Below, in pieces: positions 47,581 through 60,659 of a stretch of 64,000 nt of DNA. The translations under genes and the position numbers were made by a program. The notes under the pieces were generated by a model that had not been told where the DNA came from, did no database searches, and saw only the letters and a program-made list of their open reading frames with translations. Numbering within the stretch: position 1 is the stretch's first letter; each line of letters begins with the position of its first letter. This stretch comes from Macrostomum hystrix (taxonomy: Eukaryota > Animalia > Platyhelminthes). The stretch is from assembly GCA_950097015.1 (NCBI GenBank), contig CATNEN010000002.1, positions 744,001 through 808,000 of the forward strand, written 5' to 3'.

Positions 47581-48029
47581 GAAAAAAGCAATCGAAGCTG
47601 GATTGCAACAACAGAATTGCACTAATCAGAAAAGAATTGATTCAAAAGACATAATTATTATTCTGTTTTTTACGAAAACAAAATACAATGCAGCTTTGTT
47701 AGATTATTGTTATGTTTATATATTTATATATTACAGCATTTTACATTTGAAACTACATCTACGGACAAAGAAAACCATGCTGCCTAAAGAAAGCACAGGC
47801 AAATAAAACTTGAAGCTCTGCTAAAAAGTATTTTCATAAAAGAGATTCGGAACAACCTAAAGAAAGTTAACAATATAGTACGAGTAATTTAAGAATATTT
47901 AGCATCAAGTGAAACTGCTATTTGTTATTACTGCAGCTCGAATGAGTTCACAAATTAATCGAAACAAATGGAAAGCTCTTTTTGTTATGAATTGCTAATC
48001 TAATTAACTATCTACGAAACCTATTTCAC

Positions 48030-48780
48030 CCTGCTATCTTTCTTCTCTCTAAGCCCACACACTGCTATCTTTCTTCTCTCTAAGCCCACACACTGCTATC
48101 TTTCTTCTCTCTAAGCCCACACACTGCTATCTTTCTTCTCTCTAAGCCCACACACTGCTATCTTTCTTCTCTCTAAGCCCACACACTGCTATCTTTCTTC
48201 TCTCTAAGCCCACACACTGCTATCTTTCGTCTCTCTAAGCCCACACACTGCTATCTTTCTCCCCTACAAAGTCACCCACTAACTTTCTACCCTAAAAACT
48301 CACCCACTAACTTTCTACCTTCCAAACTCACCCACTATCTTTCTACCCTCCAAACTCACCCACTAAATTTCTCCCTACAAACTCACCCACTAACTTTCTA
48401 CCCTCCAAACTCACCCACTAACTTTCTACCCTCCAAACTCACCCACTAACTTTCTACCCTCCAAACTCACCCACTAACTTTCTACCCTCCAAACTCACCC
48501 ACTAACTTTCTACCCTCCAAACTCACCCACTAACTTTCTACCCTCCAAACTCACCCACTAACTTTCTACCCTCCAAACTCACCCACTAACTTTCTACCCT
48601 CCAAACTCACCCACTAACTTTCTACCCTACAAACTCACCCACTAACTTTCTACCCTCCAAACTCACCCACTAAATTTCTCCCTACAAACTCACCCACTAA
48701 CTTTCTACCCTCCAAACTCACCCACTAACTTTCTCCCCTCCAAACTCACCCACTAACTTTCTACCCTCTAAATCCACTCA
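48030..48780. repeat. Two adjacent minisatellites: 31-bp (cacactgctatctttcttctctctaagccca) and 28-bp (aaactcacccactaactttctaccctcc)
   Basis: About 7 and about 18 copies. Confidence 0.9.
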
Positions 48781-48786
48781 CTAACT

Positions 48787-48890
48787 TACGAGGGCCCACC
48801 TCTAAGGCACAGTGAGAGTGTACACTGCCTAAAGGTGACACATTCGGAGTCACCAAATGCCCGCAGACCTCCTGCAACTATTATCATAAT
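48787..48890 (+). mobile_element. SINE core plus 3' end fragment
   Basis: gagggcccacctctaaggcacagtgagagtgtacactgcct...tgcccgcagacctcctgcaactatta. Confidence 0.7.
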
Positions 48891-48927
48891 TAATATGATA
48901 AATTCACACTTAATAGTTTCTCAGTAG

Positions 48928-49585
48928 CTAGGTATCCCCAGTCAGATCAAACAGATTGTCAGACCGGCCCAGCACAGAGTAGGCAGCGGACACAGCGGAG
49001 GCAAGCAGCGATGCTGCGGCACTCCGGCTAACAAGAAATGGCACACCTGGCCACGAGTACAACTCAGTTGAGACCGCAGCGCTGGACAATGAGTTAGGAT
49101 TGCTGTAGCTGTTCAATAGGCGCCGTCCGAGACTGCGCCAGTTGGGTCGGCCAACAGCCAAGACAGTTAGAAGGGCTTGGCCAATCAGGAACACAGCCAG
49201 GCCACCGTTGGATAGTGGAGACATTGGGCGAACATACTGGCGATAATATGCGGCATAGGGCAGCAGTGTTAGACATGCTGTTAGACAGAACAGTTCTAGC
49301 AAGCTGGACAGACTGGCCGGAAAGAATTTATCATTGTCGCTGACAAAGCTCTGCAGAGCGACTATTAAAGCTGACGATTTTGATGATAATTTCTTCTGAT
49401 TGTTTGCCAACAACTTTTCAATCTCTCTTATCGCATGTCGCTTAGCTAGATAATGATGAGGCACAACTGCAAGGTAGTTTGCCGATGTATCAGCTGCCGA
49501 TACGGCTGACAAACACCATAATTCAGCTGCCTTCTGATCAATGCTGCTGCTGCTGCTGCTGATTGCTGCATGACGTTTAGGAATT
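48928..49585 (-). CDS. PGAP4: Exon 2 of a PGAP4/TMEM246-like GPI side-chain GalNAc transferase homolog
   Basis: Acceptor cccgcag at 49586; phase-2 join; WCLSAV..NYLAVV, LLELFCL, TM segments and VLAVGRPNWRSLGRRL are colinear with PGAP4 as I recall it. Confidence 0.6.
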
Positions 49586-49679
49586 CTGCGGGTGTTGATT
49601 TAAATAAAATCTTATCGAAAATATATTGTACTCTTATAGCTGTCTATTATTCTACCTGCAATATTTGCTACTCTATTTA

Positions 49680-50330
49680 GAATGTCTATCAATTTGCCTG
49701 TAACGTCTACTGATTTACAGAATGTCTATCAATCTACCTGCATTCTCTACTGATCTATCTAGAATGTCTATCAATTTGCCTGTAACGTCTACTGATTTAC
49801 AGAATGTCTACCAATTTGCCTGTAATGTCTACTGATCTATCTAGAATGTCTATCAATCTACCTGCATTGTCTACTGATCCATCTAGAATGTCTATCAATT
49901 TGCCTGTAACGTCTACTGATTTACCCAGAATGTCTATCAATCTACCTGCATTGTCTACTGATCTATCTAGAATGTCTATCAATCTATCTAGAATGTCTAT
50001 CAATCTACCTGCATTGTCTACTGATCTATCTAGAATGTCTATCAATCTATCTAGAAAGTCTATTAATCTACCTGCATTGTCTACTGCTCTATCTAGAATG
50101 TCTATCAATATACCTGTAATATCGACTGCTCTATCTAGAATGTCTATCAATATACCTGTAATATCGACTGCTCTATCTAGAATGTCTATCAATATACCTG
50201 TAATATCGACTGCTCTATCTAGAATGTCTATCAATCTACCTGCAATGTCTACTGTTTTTTATTTAGAATGTCTATCAATTTACCTGCAATGTCTACTGTT
50301 TTTTATTTAGAATGTCTATAAATTTGCCTG
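49680..50330. repeat. ~42-bp intronic minisatellite (tagaatgtctatcaatctacctgcattgtctactgatctatc)
   Basis: About 15 variant copies. Confidence 0.9.
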
Positions 50331-50869
50331 TAACGTCTATTGACCTATCAATATAATTTTTTAATTATATAAAATCTCGCAGAGACAACCGATTAAACCA
50401 AACGATTGACACTTGGACTAGCATGTTTTGGACCCTGTAAATGGCCTTACATTGCGCAATCACAGCACATTCGCACACGGTAATTTTCAAATTCGCTCTC
50501 GCTTGTCAACTATAATTGACATCGGTTGTCAAGCTAAGTTAACTTTGACAGGCGGAGATGAACCGTGAAAACTTGGATTTTCTCTTCTTTCGTGGTCTTT
50601 CTTTCAAATGCTTGACACAAGACACGCATCACACCCTTCAGGTCTTATAGTTAACACTTCTGAAAAGAATTCTAGAAAACGCAACCCTATACTCGTTTTT
50701 AGCCCCCTAATAAGAGGGCAAATATAATTTACTCTGATGTCAACAGGCAGACGGGCAAACACCTTCAGCAGTCTTTCCCCAGCAGCAGAGAACCAATGTC
50801 CCCCCCAGACGGCAACCAATGTCCCTTCTAGATTCGCTATAAAGAATCCTATTTTCTATGGTTTAATCC

Positions 50870-51860
50870 ATCCCTCCATCCTGGATCCCATTTCTGATTC
50901 TTTAATCCCTCCATCATGGATCCCATATCTGATTCTTCAATCCCTCCATCCTGGATCCCATTTCTGATTCTTTAAACCTTGGATCCCATTTCTGATTCTT
51001 TAATCCCCCATCCTGGATCCCATTTCTGATTCTTTAATCCCTCCATCTTGGATCCCATTTCCAGTGCTCTAATCCCTCCATCTTCGATCCCATTTCTGAT
51101 TCTTTAATCCCTCCATCTTGGATCCCATTTCCAGTGCTTTAATCCCTCCATCCTGGATCCCATTTCCAGTGCTTTAATCCCTCCATCCTGGATCCCATTT
51201 CCAGTGCTTTAATCCCTCCATCCTGGATCCCATTTCCAGTGCTTTAATCCCTCCATCCTGGATCCCATTTCCAGTGCTTTAATCCCTCCATCCTGGATCC
51301 CATTTCCAGTGCTTTAATGCCTCCATCTTGGATCCCATTTCTGATTCTTTAATCCCTCCATCCTGGATCCCATTTCCAGTGCTTTAATCCCTCCATCTTG
51401 GATCCCATTTCTGATTCTTTAATTCCCCATCCTGGATCCCATTTCAGATTCTTTAATCCATCCATCTTGGATCCCATTTCTGATTCTTTAATCTCCCATC
51501 CTGGACCCCATTTCAGATTCTTTAATCCCTCCATCCTGGAACCCATTTCTGATTCTTTAATTCCCCATCCTGGATTCCATTTCTGATTTTTTAATCCCCC
51601 ATTCTGGATCCCATTTCTGATTCTTTAATCCCCCATCCCGGATCCCATTTCCCGTGCATTTATCCCCCCATCCTGGATCCCATTTCCCGTGCAATCATCC
51701 CCCATCATGGATCCCATTTACCGTGCATTAATCCCCCATCATGGATCCCATTTCCCATTCTTCAATCTGTCTATCGTGGATCCCATTTCTGATTCATAAA
51801 TCCCTCCATCTTAGATCCTATTTCCAGCGCTTTAATCCCCCATCTTGGATCCCATTTTCC
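50870..51860. repeat. 35-bp intronic minisatellite (aatccctccatcctggatcccatttccagtgcttt)
   Basis: About 27 copies. Confidence 0.9.
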
Positions 51861-51885
51861 ATTGTTTAATCCAACAGTATCCCAC

Positions 51886-52442
51886 CTGTTCGCCTCTCTC
51901 TGATTCGAGAGTCCAGTTCTATTGGGCCTGGGTCCCAGCACTGGCAGAGCCACACCCCAGCTGGCCAATGCGGAGCTGACAACGCCATCCTCGCTGCAGA
52001 TGTACACTCGAATGCTGGCAAAGGCATGGCCAGATGGTTCGATCTTTGATTGAAGATTGACAGCTTCTAACAGTGCGTGGGCGGACACAGGCAGGAGGCC
52101 GCCGCCATCAGCCGATGACGTCAGCAAGCCGATGGTGAGATTAAGACCCATTCGTTCAGTTCTAGAATCATCCGGCACACGGTGATATTTCCAGCGCGAA
52201 CCGCCCAGCTGATCAAGAAATGCTCGAGCCTCCGATGCCGCAGCCGCAGTGTCGCTGCGTCTTCTAGTGCCAGCAATGGCCTGGTTACCAAAATAATAGG
52301 CTGAGCCGGGCAATTGACCGCATAGCAACGGCAGGACGATGCAGAACTGTAGCAGCAGCTGAACTGTCATGAGTTTAGTGGGCAGGCCCCTTGTGATAGC
52401 TCGCCACAGCATACGATAGGAGAACATGGGCATGAACATCAT
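51886..52442 (-). CDS. PGAP4: Exon 1 of the PGAP4/TMEM246-like gene (spliced product about 404 aa)
   Basis: N-terminal TM LLLQFCIVLPLLCGQLPGSAYYF; LNLTIGLLT; IRVYICSE; donor aacag|gtggga at 51885. Confidence 0.6.
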
Positions 52443-52619
52443 TTTATTCACACCTGTGTCACGACTAATTTAGCTGAAATTGCGTATGGAAACATGCTAG
52501 CATACCTTACAGGTTTACTTACTAACCTACTGTTCTCAATTATTTTGAGTAATTCTAACACTCACAATTATTTCTATTATTTGTGTCATCATCATAACTC
52601 ACAATCAATCTTAACTATT

Positions 52620-53750
52620 CCACTTCCTCTAATCTACCCCACTCTAATCTATCCCACTCCCTCTAATCTACCCCACTCTAATCTATCCCACTCCCTCTAA
52701 TCTACCCCACTCTAATCTATCCCACTCCCTCTAATCTACCCCACTCTAATCTATCGCACTCCCTCTAATCTACCCCACTCTAATCTACCCCACTCCCTCT
52801 AATCTACCCCACTCCCTCTAATCTACCCCACTCTAATCTATCCCACTCCCTCTAATCTACCCCACTCCCTCTAATCTACCCCACTCTAATCTATCGCACT
52901 CCCTCTAATCTACCCCACTCTAATCTATCCCACTCCCTCTAATCTACCCCACTCCCTCTAATCTACCCCACTCCCTCTAATCTACCCCACTCCCTCTAAT
53001 CTACCCCACTCCCTCTAATCTACCCCACTCCCTCTGATCTACCCCACTCCCTCTGATCTACCCCACTCCCTCTGATCTACCCAACTCCCTCTGATCTACC
53101 CCACTCCCTCTGATTCATCCCACTCCCTCTGATCTACCCCACTCCCTCTGATCTATCCCACTCCCTCTGATCTATCCCACTCCCTCTGATCTACCCCACT
53201 CCCTCTGATCTATCCCACTCCCTCTGATCTACCCCACTCCCTCTGATCTACCCCACTCCCTCTGATCTACCCAACTCCCTCTGATCTACCCCACTCCCTC
53301 TGATCTATCCCACTCCCTCTGATCTACCCCACTCCCTCTGATCTATCCCACTCCCTCTGATCTACCCCACTCCCTCTGATATACCCAACTCCCTCTGATC
53401 TACCCCACTCCCTCTGATCTATCCCACTCCCTCTGATCCATCCCACTCCCTCTTATCTATCCCACTCCATCTAATCTAACCCACTGTATCTTATCTATCC
53501 CACTCCCTCTTTTCTAACCAAAACTGTCATATTTATCCCACTCTGCCATATCCATCCCACTCTATCTTATCCATCCCACTCTATCTTATCCATCCCACTC
53601 TATCTTATCTATCCCACTCTATCTTATCTATCCCACTCTATCTTATCCATCCCACTCTATCTTATCCATCCCACTCTATCTTATCTATCCCACTCTATCT
53701 TATCTATCCCACTCTATCTTATCTATCCCACTCTCTCTTATCTATCCCTC
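52620..53750. repeat. 19-bp minisatellite family (ccactccctctaatctacc grading into cccactctatcttatccat)
   Basis: About 55 copies showing a gradient of variants. Confidence 0.9.
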
Positions 53751-54133
53751 TCACTTATACATATGTCGGTATCTAATCTATCACATTGTCTTTAATCTAT
53801 CAGCCTTCTAAATTGATCAATTAGTTCTACGAGAACAATCTCAGAGAAAATGGAAAAAACAACCGAAAAAGGTGTATTCTTTGAAAAATAAATTCGCAAG
53901 ATAAAACTAGACAAAGGATGTAACTTAACAGCTACCTGAAATAATAAATATATATTTGGTGTGATTATTTAGGCAGCTAACACAACTTGACGATCATTAC
54001 TACTAGAAGCATTCTAGAAACAGTTATTTAACAGTTGACTTTAGGCTACGCAATTTTAGAAGTGCTTTGGTTCTTATTTCAGCAAAAAAGTAACGAAAAT
54101 GTAAGGTTCGTTAGTTTTTATCAACGTTAATAT

Positions 54134-54625
54134 TCATTTGACATCATCAAAGCTAGGCGCGGAGCCGGACTCAATGTCCTCAATGAATGATTTATAATAG
54201 CCTTCGTGCTTTTTAGCGCACCGCATAACGGCATTGTGCGTATCCTCGAAAGCTTTCCTAGCCGACGGATCTTCGAAGGCCGAGTCGTCCTTCAGCAAGC
54301 CGTCGATGTTGGCCATGAATCGGCGAAAATACACGCCACATGGGCCGGTGACATACTTGGCCACGCAGCCGCAGTGCCAGTTGTAGCTGCCGTCGGGTCG
54401 CTTGAACCCTGGCAGGCTGTACTTGTTGTCGATGTCAAAATAGCCAGTCATTGACAATGTCGGATAGGCGTCCGAGCGAGTCAGGAAGGTCGCTACGTGG
54501 GGCGGCCGATTGGAGGCGCCTGATGGGATCTGCTTGGACCAGGAGGCCCGACTGTCCGACACTCTGGCGGCGTCGGGGTCGGACATTTCCGGACTTGTTG
54601 CGGCTGCTGCTGCTGCGGTTGACAT
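54134..54625 (-). CDS. CHCHD4: Divergent MIA40/CHCHD4-like mitochondrial intermembrane-space import oxidoreductase (163 aa)
   Basis: PDGSYNWHCGCVAKYVTGPCGVYF matches the Mia40 NGxINWxCPC...GPCG signature; C-terminal VMRCAKKHEGYY. Confidence 0.7.
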   Translation of the reverse strand: MSTAAAAAATSPEMSDPDAARVSDSRASWSKQIPSGASNRPPHVATFLTRSDAYPTLSMTGYFDIDNKYSLPGFKRPDGSYNWHCGCVAKYVTGPCGVYFRRFMANIDGLLKDDSAFEDPSARKAFEDTHNAVMRCAKKHEGYYKSFIEDIESGSAPSFDDVK

Positions 54626-54729
54626 TGCGCGGATTGGGTCTGGAATAGACAGTCGGGTGTCAAGAAATCAATTGTGATGGAAGATAGAAGCATGTTGAAT
54701 AATTTGCTCTCAGGTGAAATAGAATTTGC

Positions 54730-55750
54730 CTCTTCAGATGTTCTAATAGACTATTCAGGTGTTCTAATGGACTGTTCAGGTGTTCTAATTGACTGTTCAG
54801 GTGTTCTAATGGACTATTCAGGTGTTCTAATGGACTATTCAGGTGTTCTAATTTATCAACGTTCAGGTGTTCTAATTGACAGTTCAGGTGTTCTAATATA
54901 CTATTCAGGTGTTCTAATCGACTTTTCAGGTGTTCTAATTGACTGTTCAGGTGTTCTAATGGACTATTCAGGTGTTCTAATGGACTATTCAGGTGTTCTA
55001 ATGGACTATTCAGGTGTTCTAATTGACTGTTCAGGTGTTCTAATTGACTGTTCAGGTGTTCTAATATACTATTCAGGTGTTCTAATCGACTTTTCAGGTG
55101 TTCTAATTGACTGTTCAGGTGTTCTAATTGACTATTCAGGTGTTCTAATTGACTTTTCAGGTGTTCTAATTGACTGTTCAGGTGTTCTAATGGACTGTTC
55201 AGGTGTTCTAATAGACTATTCAGGTGTTCTAATGGACTATTCAGGTGTTCTAATGGACTATTCAGGTGTTCTAATGGACTGTTCAGGTGTTCTAATTGAC
55301 TGTTCAGGTGTTCTAATAGACTATTCAGGTGTTCTAATGGACTATTCAGGTGTTCTAATAGACTATTCAGGTGTTCTAATGGACTATTCAGGTGTTCTAA
55401 TGGACTGTTCAGGTGTTCTAATTGACTGTTCAGGTGTTCTAATGGACTGTTCAGGTGTTCTAATGGACTGTTCAGGTGTTCTAATGGACTGTTCAGGTGT
55501 TCTAATATACTATTCAGGTGTTCTAATGGACTATTCAGGTGTTCTAATGGACTGTTCAGGTGTTCTAATGGACTATTCAGGTGTTCTAATTTATCAACGT
55601 TCAGGTGTTCTAATTGACAGTTCAGGTGTTCTAATATACTATTCAGGTGTTCTAATCGACTGTTCAGGTGTTCTAATATACTATTCAGGTGTTCTAATCG
55701 ACTGTTCAGGTGTTCTAATTGACTGTTCAGGTGTTCTAATTGATTGTTAA
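54730..55750. repeat. 21-bp minisatellite (ttcaggtgttctaatggacta)
   Basis: About 48 copies; accounts for the 358-aa SGVLMDY ORF. Confidence 0.95.
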
Positions 55751-56139
55751 GGTGTATTATAATGTTCTTTATAAGGTCCCAATTGAAATAATAGGTTTAG
55801 ATCAACTAGCATAAATAAGAAAAAAACCACAATTTAACCAAAATAGATAACACAGCAGTCACACTACTAGCAGTAATGTGTATCAGTGGAAAACATTTTT
55901 TGAAATTCTCACCGACCAGTTAACAGTGCAACACAAAAGGCAGTAAGACATTACTCTATTATTCGGCTTTAAGTCACAATTTCGATAAAGTTGTCCACCT
56001 AGGCAGAATAAAAAAATATTTTAAAGTGCCAAACTTGGATTACCTGGATTATAAATTTTAAAGGGCAACGATGTTTCGGTTGGTCTTAGAAATGTTAGAG
56101 AGCATAGGCAATGATCTTTCAAAATGACCAAATTTTAAA

Positions 56140-56400
56140 ATTCAATGATCCATCAAAATGACCATCGTTGAAAGTGCAATGATCCTTCAAAATGACCATC
56201 GTTGAAAGTGCAATGATCCTTCAAAATGACCATCGTTGAAAGTGCAATGATCCTTCAAAATGACCATCGTTGAAAGGGCAATGATCCTTCAAAATGACGA
56301 TAGTTGAAAGGGCAATGATCCTTCAAAATGACCATCGTTGAAAGGGCAATGATCCTTCAAAATGACCATAGTTGAAAGGGCAATGATCCTTCAAAATTAT
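56140..56400. repeat. 34-bp minisatellite (gaaagtgcaatgatccttcaaaatgaccatcgtt)
   Basis: About 7 copies. Confidence 0.9.
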
Positions 56401-56589
56401 CAAAATTATCAAAATTATCATTGTAAAAAGCAATGACCTTTAAAAAATATCATTTTAAGACTAATGACCATTTACACTTTTAATAACAACGGGTTTGAAT
56501 GAGCAATTTTAGTTGATAAAAATACGAATAGATAATTATCAGATTTTCAGATGTAAAAAATCAATCGATTCAAAAAGACACAAAAGCAA

Positions 56590-56928
56590 TCAAGTCCTTT
56601 CTCTTGCATTTCCACTCTCAAACAATCTCTTGTAGTCGTTCTTATCAAAGATTCTACTGGGCACAGCGGGTGCCAGTGGATCCAATCCGCCATTGGCAGC
56701 TGCTCCGGCGGCCTCTCGCAGAACCCGCTCGTCGCGCTCGTCGGCAACAGAACGCGACTTGAGTTTGTCGGCTGACGAAGAGTCACTAGCCATTGGCGGA
56801 TTCAAAATTCTTTCAACGTTGTAGCCGATGATGCCGATAGCCAGGGCGAATGGGAACACGATGACGTTGGCAGCAGGACTAGCCCGAGTCACAAAGGTGC
56901 GCATCACTTGCAGAATGATTGGCCACAT
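56590..56928 (-). CDS. SMIM12: Small integral membrane protein 12 (UPF0767 family)
   Basis: MWPIILQVMRT..IVFPFALAIGIIGYNVE..SVADERDERVLRE..IFDKN follows the SMIM12 pattern. Confidence 0.8.
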   Translation of the reverse strand: MWPIILQVMRTFVTRASPAANVIVFPFALAIGIIGYNVERILNPPMASDSSSADKLKSRSVADERDERVLREAAGAAANGGLDPLAPAVPSRIFDKNDYKRLFESGNARERT

Positions 56929-57589
56929 GATGCTTTACTCTGCAAGTTTTTCATTGGCTCAAGTGGGTCACGTGACAATTTGTTGGAGTTCCCCAACAAA
57001 TTATTCTATTTATAGCCCCGAAAGAATGATTCCCGAAGTTTCTGCCGTTAAACACTAGTAAAAAACGAAGTCTTGGTGGTAATATTAAAAGGAAAAAAAT
57101 AAGATAAAGACACAAACGTGAAAACTGTTTAAAGTGAACAATATACTATATTTATTTTTGCATAATAAAATAAAGATAAATAGATCACAATAACACAAAC
57201 AAATAATTATGCTTCAAAATGTAAGTACATAATTTGGCATGTAATAATTTCTTGTATTGCATTATAAGAAAAATTCTATAACTTTTATAAGAGTAAAGAA
57301 CTAAGGTAGACAATATTGAGAGGAAGATTAAGTACTGTCGAATCATAACACAATGCTTAAGTAATTAAGTCATGCACTTAAGCCTCCATTTATTGGAGCA
57401 GTTAAACAAAGCAAACAAAATTAAAAGAGAAAATGAAATTCGCAAATAAGCAAAATAAAACCAAAAGAACGTGGAGACGTATTGCATTACAATACCCATC
57501 AAATACAGAAACCCGAATCCTAGTTTAGGATTATTAATTAATAAAAACTATATTTGATCGAAGTTAAAAGGATTTTATCAGGACGTTAG

Positions 57590-58130
57590 GTCAGGCGGGA
57601 GTGTACATTGAAGGCTAGAGGGGGCTGTGGGCAGTTTAGGTCAGGCGGAGTGTACATTGAAGGCTAGAGGGGGCTGTGGGCAGTTTAGGCCAGGCGTGAA
57701 GTGTACATTGAAGGCTAAAGGGGACTGTGGGCAGGTTAGGCCAGGCGGGAGTGTACATTGAAGGCTAGAGGGGGCTGTGGGCAGTTTAGGCCAGGCGTGA
57801 AGTGTACATTGAAGGCTAAAGGGGACTGTGGGCAGGTTAGGCCAGGCGGGAGTGTACATTGAAGGCTAGAGGAGGACTGTGGGCAGTTTAGGCCAGGCGT
57901 GAAGTGTACATTGAAGGCTAGAGGGGGACTGTGGGCAGGATAGGCCAGGCGTGAGTGTACATTGAAGGCTAGAGGGGGACTGTGGGCAGGTTAGGCCAGG
58001 CGTGAGTGTACATTGAAGGCTAGAGGGGGACTGTGGGCAGGTTAGGCCAGGCGGGAGTGTTCATTGAAGGCTAGAGGGGGACTGTAGGCAGGTTAGGCCA
58101 AGCGGGAGTGTTCATTGAAGGCTAGAGGGT
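57590..58130. repeat. ~51-bp minisatellite (gtgtacattgaaggctagagggggactgtgggcaggttaggccaggcgtga)
   Basis: About 10 copies. Confidence 0.9.
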
Positions 58131-59420
58131 TGTGGTGGGTGGAACACATAAATCTGAAAGAAAGTTTATCATAGCCAAATCTTATAGTTTACTTAAATTT
58201 ATGGAAAGCTGTAAATGTAGCAAATTGGATTTTAAAGAACATTTTGACCTGGTTATCATCAATCTGAAAATAATAAATTATGCCAATGAAAGACAAAAAG
58301 AGGTAAGAAGTAAAAAAAGAAACGATTAAAATAAAAATGATGCTTTCTACCCTTAATTACTCGTAGATTACAGCGAAATAGGATAAAATGTTAGAACAAA
58401 GTTATTAAACTTAACTCGGTTGTAATTTATGTGTGGTGCATACTACTAAGAGTAACATCAAATAATGAAATTGAATTTTTATACGTATTGAACTAGTAGA
58501 ACAAAGGAAGTAAGGCAAAAAACCGATTCTGATGCATACAATTTGGTTTCAGACTGCACAATGCATATTTTGCTTATAATTAGATTGCGAACTGCGATAA
58601 TACAAATTTAGCCAGACTCATTATAATTATAAGGCGCATTAAATTAAACCAGAGAAAAGTAACTTTGCACAGCTAAATATATTAGAACTTCGTCAATTGA
58701 ATTCAAGCAGCTTATTCAACACGGAAGGTTAAATAAATAAAGATTTGGAATGCCGCATAAATAGTTAGAAGAAAAAACACAAAATAATTGCTATAAAATC
58801 GAGGAAAAATAGAATTCAAAGGAAAAGTAGTAAATGAAAAATCAAAACAGTTTGTAACAGTGGACAACAATAACGAAGAAGACACAAAATTTCACAGAAA
58901 AAATTAATCGGGTGTATAATTATTAGGCTGTGACTTAAAATATTAAACAACACAGTTTCAACAGAGACCAGTTGATTCAGCTTGACAGACTAGGTGTTTT
59001 AAAAAACAAATACCATGTGAAACAGAGAGACAGAACAAGGACTTTACGGATGAGGCGGGCAGAACAAAGACCTAACAGAACAGACGCAACCTCGAACATA
59101 TAGAACATGTAAATACAACAAAGACTACGAGCATAGATGGAAAAAACAAAATACAGACAGAACAAGGCGGATGATAGAACAAAGACCAGATTAAACTAAA
59201 TAGTTGATTACGCCTGCCCCAAACGGGCCAGATGTGCAGCCGACAGCACAGTCGCAGCTATTGCGCTGCGCATCTGAAGGCTGCGTACGGCTGTTCAGTC
59301 CATGGACTCGATGGACGCCACACCCACCCTCAATTATCCCAGCTAATGCTGGTGACAATGTAACAGCTGGGTGAACTGAAGCAATGCAGAGTCTTTATAA
59401 TGGACACAAATTGTTCAAGT

Positions 59421-59476
59421 GGAGTCAGAAATCGAACCCCCGACCTTCAAGCTGGGAGTCCGACGCTCTAACCTCC
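59421..59476 (-). pseudogene. Degenerate tRNA-like sequence (tRNA pseudogene or head of a second SINE family)
   Basis: Reverse complement ggaggttagagcgtcggactcccagcttgaaggtcgggggttcgatttctgactcc has a T-loop GGTTCGA but no complete cloverleaf. Confidence 0.45.
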
Positions 59477-59543
59477 TCTAAAGATCAGATGGAAAATACA
59501 AAACAAAGACCAGAACAGAGACAGAAAGAGACAATTATAATTT

Positions 59544-60109
59544 TCACCGCTTAGGAATACCAATCGGTCCGTAGTCAGGGAACAGGTGGGTCATGATAAA
59601 CAGTGCTATATCCTCGTGGTTCCAGTAGGCCGTGTGGCTGGTCAGCACGCTGACGTAGGAGGATTCATAGCGACCTTCGCGCAGCTGATAATCCAGCCGC
59701 TGCTCCAGTTCTGTGCGATGCTGCAGGAAGGACTCGTAGACGTTGATCGGAGGTCGCGGCGTTACAGCAGACGGTGAGGCTTCGTCTCGTTCGCCATTGC
59801 CGACGCGTTCTTCAGCATAGTCGGTGCAGTCAAACTCGTCGTCGTCATCGACGACAAAATTACTGGCGAAGGTTTTCATTTCGGCCATCACTGGCGCCGA
59901 GGCGGCCGACATGCCGGAAGTGCTAGAAGCAACGGAGCCGCTGGCCGAGGCAATCTTGCGAAAGCCGACGCCGCTGCTGCTGCTGAAGCGAGACGGACTC
60001 GGCGATGATGGATGGTTGACCGCTGGGTCACCTGATGATGCTTGTTGCTGCTGCTGCTGTTGCTGCGACTTGCCACTAGTGAAGCGCGACAGAAATGAGT
60101 TGAAACGAT
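59544..60109 (-). CDS. DDHD1: DDHD1 (PA-preferring phospholipase A1), terminal exon
   Basis: RLDYQLREGRYESSYVSVLTSHTAYWNHEDIALFI is the DDHD-domain C-terminus; phase-1 acceptor ccttcag. Confidence 0.85.
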
Positions 60110-60659
60110 CTGAAGGAGGTGATGGACGTTAATAACGTTGGTGTCTTTAGAGCGAACAAATTTACAGATTTGAATAGGTTTTAAAGTACCTTTAACAGGG
60201 TTCAATTTTTTTCGCGTAGGATCATTAGGATAATAGTTATATACAGTCAGTCTTGGCGTTATAAATTATAAATATGATTAGGATTATTAGTTCCTTAATT
60301 AATAGTTTACTTCAGTAAAAATAGTTTTTAATGGTTTATTTCGCTTGTTTATTTAGGTGCAACAATTATTACGCTAGAACCATAGTTTAACGTTCACCGT
60401 AACTGTCCACTAGATTATTTAGATCATAAAGATGTTTATTTACCCACGTAATCTGAAAAAAAATAGTTTAAATCGAACTAAAATTAGACTGATAAATGCA
60501 ACATGCGGCTTAAAATCAAAGAAGGACTAGTATAAGCGATATACTCGTAAGTGAAAGTGTAGGCCAAAACGTGTAATAACTCAAAGGCGCTTGGGTTACG
60601 CAAAGACAAATAATCAAGAGAGTATAAACTCTGGATATTTATGACAGATCTGGGAAAGA

